Positions 1 through 12,736 of a stretch of DNA of 64,000 nt are shown here, one piece after another; positions within the stretch are counted from its first letter, which is position 1, and the number at the start of each line of letters is the position of its first letter. Source of the DNA: Eledone cirrhosa (taxonomy: Eukaryota); contig OZ024741.1 of assembly GCA_964016885.1 (NCBI GenBank), forward strand, positions 30,318,001 to 30,382,000, given 5' to 3'. A program made the position numbers and the translations under genes. The notes below the pieces were generated by a model that was not told where the DNA came from, made no database searches, and was given only the letters and a program-made list of their open reading frames with translations.

Positions 1-680
1 ATTCAAACAGTACTATGACATGGATAACATTGAACAAGGCCATTGCATGCATATTGCTAAACAATGTATAAATGAAAAATTAAAGAGCGTTATGCCGTGT
101 ACAATACTAAACAGTTTTATGGCAGTCATATAGCTAAACATTATAACTTCAAATCTCTGTTTCATGATGCGTAAAAAAACTAATGATTGTTATACCATGC
201 AAATGGCTAAACATTGCTATGTCAAGTGTTATAATGCGTTATAATACGCTTAAAACTAAAACGGATTAAAACATGCGCATAAAAAAAATTCTTATGTAAA
301 ATTAAAATTTCCAAGGGTCGTGATATAAAACTAAACATTCTTACGACATGTTTATCATAAGTGAAAATAAAACTAAACAACGCAATGTCATACATGTGAC
401 TAAACAGCGATACAAAATGTGCGAAAGATGACGAGAATTTTAATTTCGAATCATTAAACAATATTCTGGATTCAAACATATTTAATCGTAAAACTGAAAA
501 ATAAATAAAATTATGATATTTTATAAAATATAAACACTGTTATGAGATACTTAGTATTATGACATGCATATATAAACACCGTAGAATATGTGCAGAACGA
601 AATAATGTTAGGATATTTACAAAACTGAAGACGTGACATGCACAAAAACAAACAGCCTTATAGTATCTATGAAGAATTCA
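1..680. repeat. Highly diverged ~25-30 bp minisatellite
   Basis: Recurrent CTAAACA..TTATGACATG-like units (e.g. ctaaacattcttacgacatg, taaacactgttatgagatac, ctaaacagttttatggcag). Confidence 0.5.
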
Positions 681-689
681 ATATATAAT

Positions 690-1745
690 ATTGCGAAAAG
701 TGTATGTTTCCTGTCTAGATTGATTTACCAAGCGGTGATACATTGGTTTAACTCCCCCTAATCATATAGATTGAGCCAGATTCAGCCAAGTCGGACTTTT
801 ATTCGTCTATATCCAGCGAGTTACTCGATAAGGCGCTGGAGGTCACCGGTAGAATTAGCGATATATATGACTTGGACCGACTGGTAATGTCTGATTGGCG
901 TAAAACCCTCTTCTTCAACAAGATTGAAACAAAATTGGATACTCCTGTGTGAGGAATATGACATCACGCCTCCTCCATAAACAACAGGACCCAAAGTATA
1001 TAGATATTCTTGTAAAACACATGCGTTATTCCCCCTGTATAAACGAAGCTGAGTTCTATCCCTTGAATGAGCACTTCCAAAAGGAATCCTGGAAATATGT
1101 AGGTATGTCAGACAGCCAATTTAAAATTCGCTTCCTTCATCACAAAACGATCTTCAGGTACCCAAATAAAATAAATACAACAGATTTGGCAAATAAAATA
1201 TGGCAATTCAAAGACAAGAACATAGATTTCTCCATCAAGTGGAAGATACTAGAAAATTCTCCACGGCCAGCAGATTATGCAATGACGAGAAATATTGGAT
1301 ATTTCATAACCTCCACAACAATAAATAAAAACTTAAGAAACGCACATAGTTGTTCTCCCGATAGTCTCATGTGTATCAGTACCTTTTAATGAATTGGCCT
1401 CCTTAATATGGATTTGTATCTTTCTTAATCTATCAATTTTTTTTCTGGTCCCCTCGTAAATTTTCGCTAATTTTGCGTTTGTTTACGTTTTTCTCTGTTA
1501 AATTATCTCACCAAGACGAATCAGATTATCTGCCCTTGATTTGTGGCGCTTCTCTCTTGTATTTTCCATTTTGAATAAATGATCCTCAGTTGATTTTCAT
1601 GAGCACATGTTGAACAAGTTGGTCCCCAGGGTGAAGGAAACATACGTACCTGGTATGTCGCAGTTGTAGTAACTGGCCTTAGTAAGTATATATTAAAACT
1701 CGTCCTACAGACTTGAGTTGCTCTATGGCTTGGATATTTTTACCT
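690..1745 (+). mobile_element. Degraded Penelope-like element (Nematis-type GIY-YIG end plus terminal region)
   Basis: ORF 949-1389 has YVGMSDSQFKIRFLHHK...LANKIWQFKDKNIDFSIKWKILE (PLE GIY-YIG); RT-like remnant DFYSSIS near 795; decayed hammerhead ccagg..gaaacatacgta.cctgg at 1626-1653. Confidence 0.75.
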
Positions 1746-1853
1746 ACCTATTACTGCTATCTCTATCTCTGTATATATATATATATGTATAAAGATAGAT
1801 AGATAGAGAGAGAGAGAGATATGATATAGATATAGATATAGATATATGTATAA

Positions 1854-1900
<47 letters not shown>

Positions 1901-2327
1901 AAAGAGAGACGGAGGCGTATAAATTCGTCCATTAATATACTAGTGGTATGATGAACTACCTTGGCTCTTCATTGTCTTGTGAGTAAATATGAGTGTTCCA
2001 AAGACTCTCGTACCCATAACATAATTCCTATGTAAACTCCACGTCACACTGCATGTGATGTAGCCGTCTATTTTGGATCACAGTTATAACCCTTGCAATG
2101 GGCTCCTACACAGATTGTGTTAGACAAATTCTAGTCTCAGGGAAAGAAATATTCATTCGATCCGATAACAAATGAAGATGTTATATAGTGTGGTCGAAAG
2201 TGGGATTCGAATATATAAGGGTATTAGTAGAGTAGTGATGTTGGTACTGTTGATGAACATGTAGGGGTGATGGTGGGAGTTGTCGCGGTGAGGGATTGGA
2301 AGTAATAGTAGTAGTAATGGCGGTATA

Positions 2328-2517
2328 ATAATTGTTTCTACTTTGAGCGGAAGGCCAGCAATTATCCAGTACATTACTGGTACTTTATTTTATCGACCAC
2401 GTAAGGATGGAAGGCAAAGTTAACCTCGACGGGATTTGAACTCAAACCGTAAAGGGACGTAACTATTCTAGAAGGCATGGCGTCCAAACCTCTACTAATA
2501 CTGCCAATTCACCGCCC
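2328..2517 (-). mobile_element. tRNA-derived SINE
   Basis: Reverse complement of the family consensus with A-box-like TGGCAG, B-box GAGTTCAAATCCC and core TTTGCCTTTCATCCTTACGGGGTCGATAAAATAAAGTACCAG. Confidence 0.85.
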
Positions 2518-2661
2518 TAATTGTGGTATAATAATAATAATTGTTATTATTAGTAGTAGCAGTAGTAGTAATAGTGAGAAAAGGAGGGGAAGAAGATGAA
2601 GACGGAGGAGGAGGAGGAGGAGGGGAAGAAGAAGAAAAAGAAGAAGGCAAATAATAATATT

Positions 2662-2732
<71 letters not shown>

Positions 2733-2974
2733 TGGCAGCTGCTATAGGGATCTATCTATTCAATATTTGTTATTAGACAAGAATGAGAATACAAACGCCT
2801 AAGATATTGCAAATTTAAGATGGAAAAATGACGCCATCTTTGTGAAGTGCTGTTACGTTTGATTGAATATAACCTTTATTTGTTCACCAGAAAAGCACTG
2901 TCACCTCGCATTGAATTGAAGTGATCATTTGATTGGCCAATCCGTGATTTTAAGTACCACTAACTCAGCGGTGA

Positions 2975-4515
2975 CCACAACAATAAACCACGAAGATCAC
3001 CAGCATCACCAACACCACACACCATATCATCTAAGACCATAACCACCACCACCACCACCATACCAACTTAGACCACCACCAACATCAGCGCCTCACTAAG
3101 ACTACCATCACCACATCCGCTAACAAAAATATCAGCATTCGATCCAATCTGTGCCTCCACACTAACACCATCGATGACCACCACCACCACACCAACATCA
3201 TCCCACAATCTCCATCACCATCACCACCATCCCCACAATCACTACCTTCACCACCACCTCCACCAACACCACCACCGCCACCGCAACCACCACCACCATC
3301 GACCAACACCACCACCGACATCATCCTACCGTCACCACCACCATCAACACCATCAACACCATCAACACCATCAACATCATCACCACCACAACTATCATCA
3401 CCAACACAAACATCACGACAACCACCAGCACTACCACCATAACCACTACCAACATCATCCGCCCATCAACAGCCCCCCCCCCCCCCCCCCCCTCCCACCA
3501 GCAACACGACCATCAACAACAACAACAACAACAACACCCAAATCCCCATTAACGTCAATGCCACCGACACCAACACCTCCATCAACGATAACACAGCCAC
3601 CACCACCACAATCAACAACAACAACAACACCCAAACCACATTACCATCCGTGCCAGCACCACCAGCACCAGCACCACCACCACCAGCACCACAACCACCA
3701 AAACCACTACCACCACCACCACCACCACCACCAACACTACCACCAAAACCACTACCACCCCAACCACTACCATCATCACCACCATCAACACCGCCACCAC
3801 CACCACCACTACCACCACTGCCACCAACACCAATACCACCACAACCACTAACACCGCAACCAACACCACCCCCACCAAAAACCACTACCAACACAACCAC
3901 CACCACAACAACCACCAACAACACCACAACCACCAACACTATCACCACCACCACCAACATCATCAGCATCAGCAGCACCACCACCACTACCACCATACCA
4001 TCACCACATCTATCCTCATCATTAACTACCTTGACACCACCACCACTACTACCACCACTACTACCACCACTACCACCCCACAACTCCACCACCACCATAC
4101 CATCCCCACCACCCCAACATCATACCACCACTACCACCCCAACACCATCACCACCACCATCACCACCACTACCACCACCATCACCATACCACCACCACAA
4201 CAACCACGACCAACACCACCACCGACACCACCACCACCGCCACCATACCCTCACCCCAACACCACTACCAACAAAACCACCACCACCAACACCACCCCAT
4301 TAACTACCTTGCCACCACCACCACCACCATACCACCACCACCACCACTGCCACCACCAATACCACCCCATTAACTACCTTGCCACCACCACCACCACCAC
4401 CATACCCCCCATCACCATCACCATACCGCCACCACCACCACCAACACCACCATACCCTACCATCACCATCACCATACCGTTACCAACACCACTACCATTA
4501 TACCACCAACCAACA
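2975..4515. repeat. Degenerate (CCA/CAA/CAT)n low-complexity tract
   Basis: About 1.5 kb of imperfect ACC triplets; gives His-, Pro- or Thr-rich ORFs in all frames. Confidence 0.9.
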
Positions 4516-5119
4516 ATGCTATTTCCAAACAATCATACTCAATACATTGTTATACAGTAGTCTCCAACTCTCTGGGTACTCATGCCGATAATATAGAATT
4601 TAAGATGAAAACGTGGAAAATTCATAGAAGTCAACAACAAAGAATGGACATTTTCCATGTCGTTTGATTAGTTAGAAGTGGATGGTGGAGGGAACATGGC
4701 TTAAATCGACCTTAGCAATTTATTGCTTTCACTTTTTATAGTATTTCCTAACGACACCCGTGGTTTGAAAGACATGCGTGAATCCTGTGCTATTCCAAAC
4801 ATGGAATGTAAAAATGTATTTTATTCTGATGTACAGCAGTTGCACAGTGTATGCAATTTCATTGATTTCCAACCGAAAAAGAATGAATATTTGAGTATTA
4901 TGGATACATCATTCTAGCCAGTTATCCATCCACACCTACATACATTCATACTTCCATTCATCCACACCTACATCCAGCAATCTATCTATCTTTCTATCCA
5001 TCAGTTCATCAATGCGTATATACGTGCATGAATATATACATAAATATACACTTATATTAACACGTACATACCCACTTACCTGTGTATATATATGAAAAGA
5101 CGCAATGTTTAGACAAATC

Positions 5120-5574
5120 ACAGAGACAATAAACATAAATGAATTCCAACCAAAATTAAATAGAAAACATGAATGGAATAGCAACATCACAACTTACAAA
5201 TAAGGACAAAATGAAAACACACACACACATAGAACAAACAACCAACCAGTAACATGTAAATAAACAAATAAATAAACAAATAAAAACACACACGGCTGTA
5301 ACACATGCGCAAACTAAGCACACAACACACATAAAACAAGATGGCGTATGACAGAACAAAGGAGAGCCACAAAACAAAGAAAAGAATCCCCAGTCACTGA
5401 AGAGGTCACAGCATGTGTGATGAAAGAAATTTGACAATATATGAACAACCGTCCGATTGTGGAACCAACCAACCAACCGGAAATTTATAAATTTATAAAT
5501 TTAATTTATAATAAATTGGAGTGAAACACCAGGTGCGTATGTTTCTTATTGGCAACATGACCCTCCCAAAGTAT

Positions 5575-5582
<8 letters not shown>
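5120..5582 (+). mobile_element. Penelope-like terminal (pLTR) fragment, family A
   Basis: Starts with GIY-YIG C-terminus-like INEFQPKLNRKHEW; AC-rich 3' region; hammerhead-like gtca-CTGAAGA-stem-GAAA..tgac at 5393-5435; ends aagtataacaat + (AT)n; homologous to 12910-13487 and 60965-61150. Confidence 0.7.
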
Positions 5583-5620
<38 letters not shown>

Positions 5621-5794
5621 TAAAATAACAGATTATATATATGTAAATAAATATACACGGGTGTGTATGATTGTGTATAGAAGTTTATATTAATAAAAGG
5701 AATTCCAACTTTGTCTGATGAACTCGTTTTATTTACAATCCTTTAAAATTATAATATTATAATGAAATTGTATGGTAGAATATTAAATGTTAAT

Positions 5795-5833
5795 TGAACA
5801 AGTACTTTCATGCTTTCGCAATCTTCAGGTTCA
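5795..5833 (-). ncRNA. Minimal type I hammerhead ribozyme (inverted arm)
   Basis: Reverse complement of TGAAC-CTGAAGA-TTGCGAAAGCAT-GAAA-GTAC-TT-GTTCA. Confidence 0.8.
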
Positions 5834-7529
5834 AATTCAGTGGTAACAGTCAAGTTTGCAATTTTCGACTGTAATGAGATGGCTAAAATGTGTGCCTTAT
5901 TACAGTAAAAAGTGGCTATAGAATGCTAAGTTTTGAAAACTGTATTTCGACCATTCGGTATGTGGTTTCACTAGATTACTAAAGCTGATTGATTTAGGCG
6001 TCTCAGTTGGTTAAGCATGTCTAACGACTTCTATTTGACCTTATCCAAAGCATTAATTGTTTTGCTATTTTTAGAAATGATGAAAATAGCATTTTCTAGG
6101 GTTTTTATAAAAAATCTTCAGTAATCATTACCATCAACATCACTTTTATTATTATTAATGTTGTTGTTAGTGGTAGTGGTAGTCGACATGGTCGTAGGCG
6201 TAGTCATAGTAGAAGTAATACCCCAAAGCATTATTATTGTTCATTTAGCTTGGGTTGGAATTTATCAATAAAATTCTTTCGACACCACTATTACCACTAT
6301 TTCGACACCACCATTACCACGGATATATACTATAAACACACAGACACCCATCAATATCTGAATTTTAAGTCGTGCCATCCACCCCATAAAAAAAGGCAAC
6401 ATCCCATACTGCCTAGCCAGAACAATTTGTTCCATTGTAGAAGATACAAATACCAGGAACAAACGCCTAACAGAACTGAGAGAAATTTTGCTCAAACAAA
6501 AATAGCCATCTCTACTTATAGAAAATGGCATACAACGGGCTATAAAAAAACCTATACAGCAACTTAGGAAAACCCAAGGAAGAAGAAACCAAGAACTGGT
6601 CATACCATTTATAATGACACACAACCCATGTCACCAGAATATCCTCAACACTGCCAAAGCAAACCTACCGATCATTGCTCAAGTAATGAATTAAAAGGTT
6701 TAATCACAGACCGAGCTTTGACTTTTAGTAAAAGACAGTCGAAAAATTTGAAGCAGTTACTAACAAAGGCAAAATTTGACCTTAACAACAAAGACCAATC
6801 ATTCACTGTATCTAAATGCAATGATAGTCGATGTGGCACATGTCAGTTCATACATACTGGTCAATATATGAACACAAAGTGGAAAAATATTCCCAAATGC
6901 AAATATGAACTGCAAAAGAAGAAATCTAATTCACTGCATTAAATGCCCGGATTGTGAAGAACTATATGTCGGTCAAACTAGAAATGCACTATCGGAACGT
7001 GCACAGGTGCACCGACAGAAAATCAGAGACCTAAACGTCCGTCAAATACCCCTGAGTAATAATCTAGCAACATGTGGTCAGAAAATATTTATAATATTTC
7101 CATTTAACAAACTACACAGCCCAAGTGAAATCAAGAGAAAAATCAAAGAAAAGAATTTTATTGATACTTTCCAATCCAAGCTAAATGAACAATAATAATG
7201 ATTAGGGGTATTACTTCTACTATGACTACGCCTACGACCATGTCGACTACCGCTACTACTAAAAACAACAATAATAATAATAAAAGTGATGTTGATGGTG
7301 ATGATCACTGAAGATTTTTATAAAAACCCTAGAAAATGCTATTTTCATCACTTCTAAAAATAGCAAAACAATTAATGCTTTGGATAGGGTCAAATAGAAG
7401 TCGTTAGACATGCTTAGTAATCTAGTGAAACCACATACCGATTGGTCAAAATACAGTTTTCAAAACATAGCATTCTGTAGCGCCTTTTTACTGTATATAA
7501 GGCACAAACATGACTGTCACCACTGAATA

Positions 7530-7568
7530 TGAACCTGAAGATTGCGAAAGCATGAAAGTACTTGTTCA
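7530..7568 (+). ncRNA. Minimal type I hammerhead ribozyme
   Basis: Stem I TGAAC/GTTCA, core CUGAAGA, stem II TGC-GAAA-GCA, GAAA, palindromic stem III AGTACT, CUU cleavage triplet. Confidence 0.82.
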
Positions 7569-7754
7569 ATTAACATTTAATATTCTACCATACCATTTCA
7601 TTATAATATCATTATAATTTTAAAGGATTGTAAATAAAACGAGTTAATCAAACAAAGTGGGAATTCCCTTTATTAATATATATATATATATGTATATATA
7701 TGTGTGTGTGTGGGTGTGTGTGTTTGTGTGTGTATGTGGTTGTGTGTGTGTGTA

Positions 7755-8050
7755 AAAGGTAAACAGAAATAACAACACAATCGATACAGTGTATGGAAGG
7801 GATATATTAGGTTAATGCTTGATATAGAAGGAAGAGGGTCTTAACATTTCGGACACTAGTCCTTGATCAGAAGAAAGAATGAGAAATAAGATGGATTGAG
7901 GTGACGGGCGGGTTGGAATTGGGAAACATGTCTTTAAATAAAAATAACAGGTCCATTTATGTTAACATCTCTTAGAAAACTGTTGGTGCTGGCGTTTTGT
8001 GTATGGTTTATTTTTTAGAAAAGTGGATGATGGAGCGCGTCTACCTGAAA
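7755..8050 (-). mobile_element. PLE terminal fragment, family C, with decayed hammerhead
   Basis: Homologous to 32640-32900; minus strand reads CTGATCA-AGGAC-TAGT-GTCC-GAAATGTTA at ~7842-7870. Confidence 0.6.
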
Positions 8051-8155
8051 TGGAAATACACACATACATACACACATACGTACATACATACATGCTTGCA
8101 TACATGCATACATACACACATACGTACATATATGCATACATACACACACATGCAT

Positions 8156-8350
8156 ATGAGGTTGGGTTCAAAAGCTCACCGGCTGACCAAGATACTCTCA
8201 TGGAATAACCAAATGTGGTATACTTTTCAACATCGTCCCTGGAAAGAAACAAATCTGTTATTGATATGAATTGTTGAAATTAGTGCATACAAAATTGCAT
8301 CGTTCTAGAGTCGCTCCTTCATAGTTAACCTATGAAAGTTTTCCTCCTAC
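8156..8350. mobile_element. Mariner-like MITE remnant
   Basis: Shares ggctgaccaagatactc..ggaat..ccaaatgtg and cctatgaa ends with 59136-59320. Confidence 0.45.
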
Positions 8351-8787
8351 CTACATACATACATACAAACACACATACATAGGTACATACATATATACAT
8401 ATTTGTATACACACATATATACATATTTGTATACACACATGTACACACATTCTCGCACACACACATTCACACAAATATCATTATAAGAAAACAAGGCTTA
8501 CATGACAGTCCAATTCTGCTAACTTTGAGAGGTAAATGGTAATTTGATATCTTTCATTGTATTTCTCTCTCTCTCTCTCACTTTCTCTCTCGCTCTCTCA
8601 CTCGGTCTCCCCCCCCCCCCTATCTTTCTCTCTCCCACGTTGTAGTCAATCCTGTGTGATATTACATTGTTTTTGAGATATTTTCAACAGCTGAAGAATT
8701 CACATTAGAATATATTTGGTGAATATATGTGTGCGTATTGTATTTTTATGTTTGTGCCAATGTATCTCTCTCTCTCTCTCTCTCTCA

Positions 8788-8853
<66 letters not shown>

Positions 8854-9104
8854 TTATGTGTGTGCGTGTGTGTGTGTGTGTGTGTATGTGTGTGTGTTTT
8901 AACGATGTTTCTGAGGACAGGCAGCAGAGTGGACGTGCGTTTTTGAGGCTAATGGTATGAAATTCCATAACTGTTGTCGAGTATTCTGTACATAGAAAAT
9001 GTTTCTCTCCGAAACGATCGCAAAACACTGGATTATTTAACTATATTATCTTATCAATGTCTTGCTTTGTTTAACATTATATACCATCTCAGCAACATGA
9101 GTCA

Positions 9105-9380
9105 CTCCAGGTAGAGTCGCTACTACTCCGAATTGAGAGATCCCAGTTCCTATGGGCATGTGGTTAGAATGTCTTAGTAATGAATCGCTAGAGAGAATTT
9201 AAGGGAAAAAACCAACAGGCAGAGGACACGGGGATAGAACATCCATGAACTTCGCTGGTCGCGCTTGGAGATCCAGCCGGATCAATTGGAGACGGTTGCT
9301 GCTGACAGGACCTGCTGGAAGGAGTGTGCGAGGGCTCTGCCCCCATGACCATCTCAAGAATAAGTTAGAGAAGAAGAAGA
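9105..9380 (+). mobile_element. RTE-like LINE 3' fragment
   Basis: Similar to the reverse complement of 30800-31100 (gtagagtcgctactact..tatgggcatgtggttagaatgtc..ccaacaggcagagg); short (GAA)n tail. Confidence 0.6.
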
Positions 9381-10189
9381 GAAAGAGAAATACATTAGAA
9401 AAGATAATTTATTCGGCAAATGACGGAATGGTTTTGCCGATGGGGTAGAAAACCCTGTTCTTAAATTCCTCTGTCCGGTAATGTCACCACGACAGTTATA
9501 CATAATCACGTATACAAAAAAATAAATGGTAAAATATTTTCAGGAAGATAAATACACAATTGTAGTCACAGAAACTTGTTGATAATTCCTGCCCCTCCCA
9601 CACAGAAAAAGTGACCGCGAGGCAACGTGATAAAATTGATATTAAAAAATTGTGTAATATGAAATATTAATATTTTGTAACTTATACTGGTTTCAGATTA
9701 ATACTAAATCTCTTGAGTTGATTCATTTAAGTATTTCCCATCGGACACTAAATAATTTCAAGTAATATATTATTGATTGTGTGAATAGGTTATGGGCAAT
9801 TTTTATTTCTTCTGCATATAAATTTTGGATAGATGCAAATGACCGAGAGCGAGTTGTGACGTCTGAGACTGAAAACTAGATTTAACACACCTATGTCGAA
9901 TACATTATACTTCACTGCAATACAAATAATTAGGCGGGGAGAATATGCAAGAATATTTAGTGTATATAATTGTTAAAATGGACAATCTCGTGGCGATGAG
10001 AATATCTTTATTTCATTCTCCCATTTTACAAATGAAATACTAACCGCACATTTGATTACAAATCTTTGTGATTAGCATTCTGTCTCACTTTTCTTTCTTC
10101 TCTCTCCTTGAAACACATACACAAATACAAATAGACACTCACACACATACATACAAGCACACGCACACACATACACACACACACACACA

Positions 10190-10253
<64 letters not shown>

Positions 10254-10358
10254 GAAATGGCTTCTACTGGGCTAGAACTGTAGAACTGTTTCATTCGGGT
10301 GAAATCAACAGGAAGCCCTGTATATATATATATATGTATATATAAGTATATATATATT

Positions 10359-10504
<146 letters not shown>

Positions 10505-10750
10505 CTTTTCCTGAGTCCTGTATTTTCGTTGCTGTGGTAATGCTGCTGGACTGCCGATCGCTATATTTGATTTGCTAAGCTGTCTAAACGTATTGTTATT
10601 ACTTTGGGGTACTATTCCCGTTCGAGTGCTAAAGCTACATACCGAATTTGCATTCGTTAGCTTGGCCGCAAACTAAAGCTTCGTTAATGCTGTACTAAAC
10701 TTTGTATATATATATATATATATATAATATATATTTATATATATATATAT

Positions 10751-12346
10751 ATGAAGGACTCACTTTTTCATATGTATCCCATTTGCAACGCCGTAGCTCC
10801 ATTATTATCATCATATTTACACATATAATTTTTCCATGCTGCCTTCGTCTGTTTCGTTCCTTGTATCTTTACCACTTCTAACAGTCTCCCTCTCTGTTAC
10901 CCTCTCCTCAACTTTCACTCACTCATTCTCTGTCACTACCTCTCCTCCTCCTCTTTCCTCCTCCTCCTTCAAGTTTGACCTGTGTGTAATTCTTTTCTCG
11001 CGCAGTCTTGACAGAGCTGGTATGGAATGTTTTTCTCTCTCTCTTTCGTCTGCGACTTCACAAAACTTGCGTTTACCGAATTCGTAGACCAGACCCCCTT
11101 ATCTTCTTCTTCTTCTTCTTCTTCTTCTTCTTCTTCTTCTTCTTCTTCCTCTTCTCTCCTTTTTCTTTCTCTCTCTCTCTCTTTTTCCCCCCCGTCAAAC
11201 TTGGGCGAAATTCTTTCCTTGCTCACATTTCTACCAGGTTCCATGGTCTTTCGTCTCTTGTTCACGATTTCACAGAGTTTATATTCATAGAGATCTGGGA
11301 CTTGTCTATTTCTACTCACTTTCCGTTGCTTAAACCCTTTTGTTGTTACTCTAGCGTCCCCCTTTATTTACGTGTCCCAACGACTTTTTTTAGCCGTTGT
11401 TCGCACCAACCTGAGGCATATGGCCCTTAAAGCGATGAAATGCCGAGGACGGTTGGAGGGTCACTGATGAAGGACTCACTTTTTCATATGTATCCCATTT
11501 GCAACGCCGCAGCTCCATTATTATCATCATATTTACACATATAATTTTTCCATGCTGCCTTCGTCTGTTTCGTTCCTTGTATCTTTACCACTTCTAACAG
11601 TCTCCCTCTCTGTTACTCTCTCCTCAACTTTCACTCACTCATTCTCTGTCACTACCTCTCCTCCTCCTCTTTCCTCCTCCTCCTTCAAGTTTGACCTGTG
11701 TGTAATTCTTTTCTCGCGCAGTCTTGACCGAGCTGGTATGGAATTTTTTTCTCTCTCTCTTTCGTCTGCGACTTCACAAAACTTGCGTTTACCGAATTCG
11801 TAGACCAGACCCCCTTATCTTCTTCTTCTTCTTCTTCTTCTTCTTCTTCTTCTTCTTCTTCTTCTTCTTCTTCTTCTTCTTCTTCTTCCTCTTCTCTCCT
11901 TTTTCTTTCTCTCTCTCTCTCTCTTTTTCCCACCCGTCAAACTTGGGCGAAATTCTTTCCTTGCTCACATTTCTACCAGGTTCGATGGTCTTTCGTCTCT
12001 TGTTCACGATTTCACAGAGTTTATATTCATAGAGATCTGGGACTTGTCTATTTCTACTCACTTTCCGTTGCTTAAACCCTTTTGTTGTTACTCTAGCTTC
12101 CCCCTTTATTTACGTGTCCCAACGACTTTTTTTAGCCGTTGTTCGCACCAACCTGAGGCATATGGCCCTTAAAGCGATGAAATGCCGAGGACGGTTGGAG
12201 GGTCACTGATGAAGGACTCACTTTTTCATATGTATCCCATTTGCAACGCCGCAGCTCCATTATTATCATCATATTTACACATATAATTTGTCCATGCTGC
12301 CTTCGTCTGTTTCGTTCCTTGTATCTTTACCACTTCTAACAGTCTC
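10751..12346 (+). repeat. Non-coding ~716-742 bp tandem repeat (about 2.2 units) inside (TA)n
   Basis: Near-identical units start at ~10751, ~11467 and ~12209; length differs mainly in an internal (TTC)n; a dispersed inverted copy lies at 34627-35237. Confidence 0.95.
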
Positions 12347-12379
12347 ATATATATATATATATATATACATATATAATAT

Positions 12380-12576
12380 ATAAGATCAAAAGATGGTTAA
12401 AAGAGTTCCATGTATTTTATTATGCGCATTTCAAAAACAAATATCATCATGCAATAACATTTGTGTTTTCATCAGATAAAATAGGAAGACATGATATGAA
12501 GGTTAAAAAAAACACTTGTGGATAGTGCAGTTTTAAATCAACATATTATTGTACTACAATAAAACTCACCTCCTAC

Positions 12577-12578
<2 letters not shown>
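12380..12578 (-). mobile_element. Short PLE terminal insertion, family D
   Basis: Homologous to 55855-56275; intact hammerhead on the minus strand, then a plus-oriented tail ending actcacctcctacat; inside (TA)n. Confidence 0.75.
12415..12481 (-). ncRNA. Type I hammerhead ribozyme, intact core, long stem II
   Basis: TTTTAT-CTGATGA-AAACA...TGTTTTT-GAAA-TGCGCA-T-A-ATAAAA; palindromic stem III ATGCGCAT, AUA cleavage triplet. Confidence 0.8.
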
Positions 12579-12623
<45 letters not shown>

Positions 12624-12635
12624 CTCGCAAGACAA

Positions 12636-12726
<91 letters not shown>

Positions 12727-12736
12727 CGTGTGTGTA

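Larger units (their letters stand above)
5646..7678 (+). mobile_element. 5'-truncated Penelope-like (Neptune-type) element with inverted 5' arm
   Basis: Frameshifted ORFs 6250-7195 match the 47841 ORF (TDIYYKHTDTHQYL, KCNDSRCGTC, CIKCPDCEELYVGQT); 5646-6279 is an inverted copy of ~7150-7678; flanked by (TA)n. Confidence 0.92.

Noticed and set aside
2820-2945. YY1-like GACGCCATCTTTG, palindromic GATTGGCCAATC and a minus-strand AAAGATGGCG start context
   Set aside because: The frame stops after 12 codons and short motifs alone do not establish a promoter
3085-4591. His-, Pro-, Thr-, Val- and Gly-rich ORFs resembling extensins or mucins
   Set aside because: Open in several frames on both strands because of (CCA)n degeneracy; no splice or domain evidence
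11411-11447. SECIS-like pattern (UGA...AAA...GA)
   Set aside because: Spacing does not fit the SECIS consensus, there is no AUGA, and no selenoprotein ORF lies upstream
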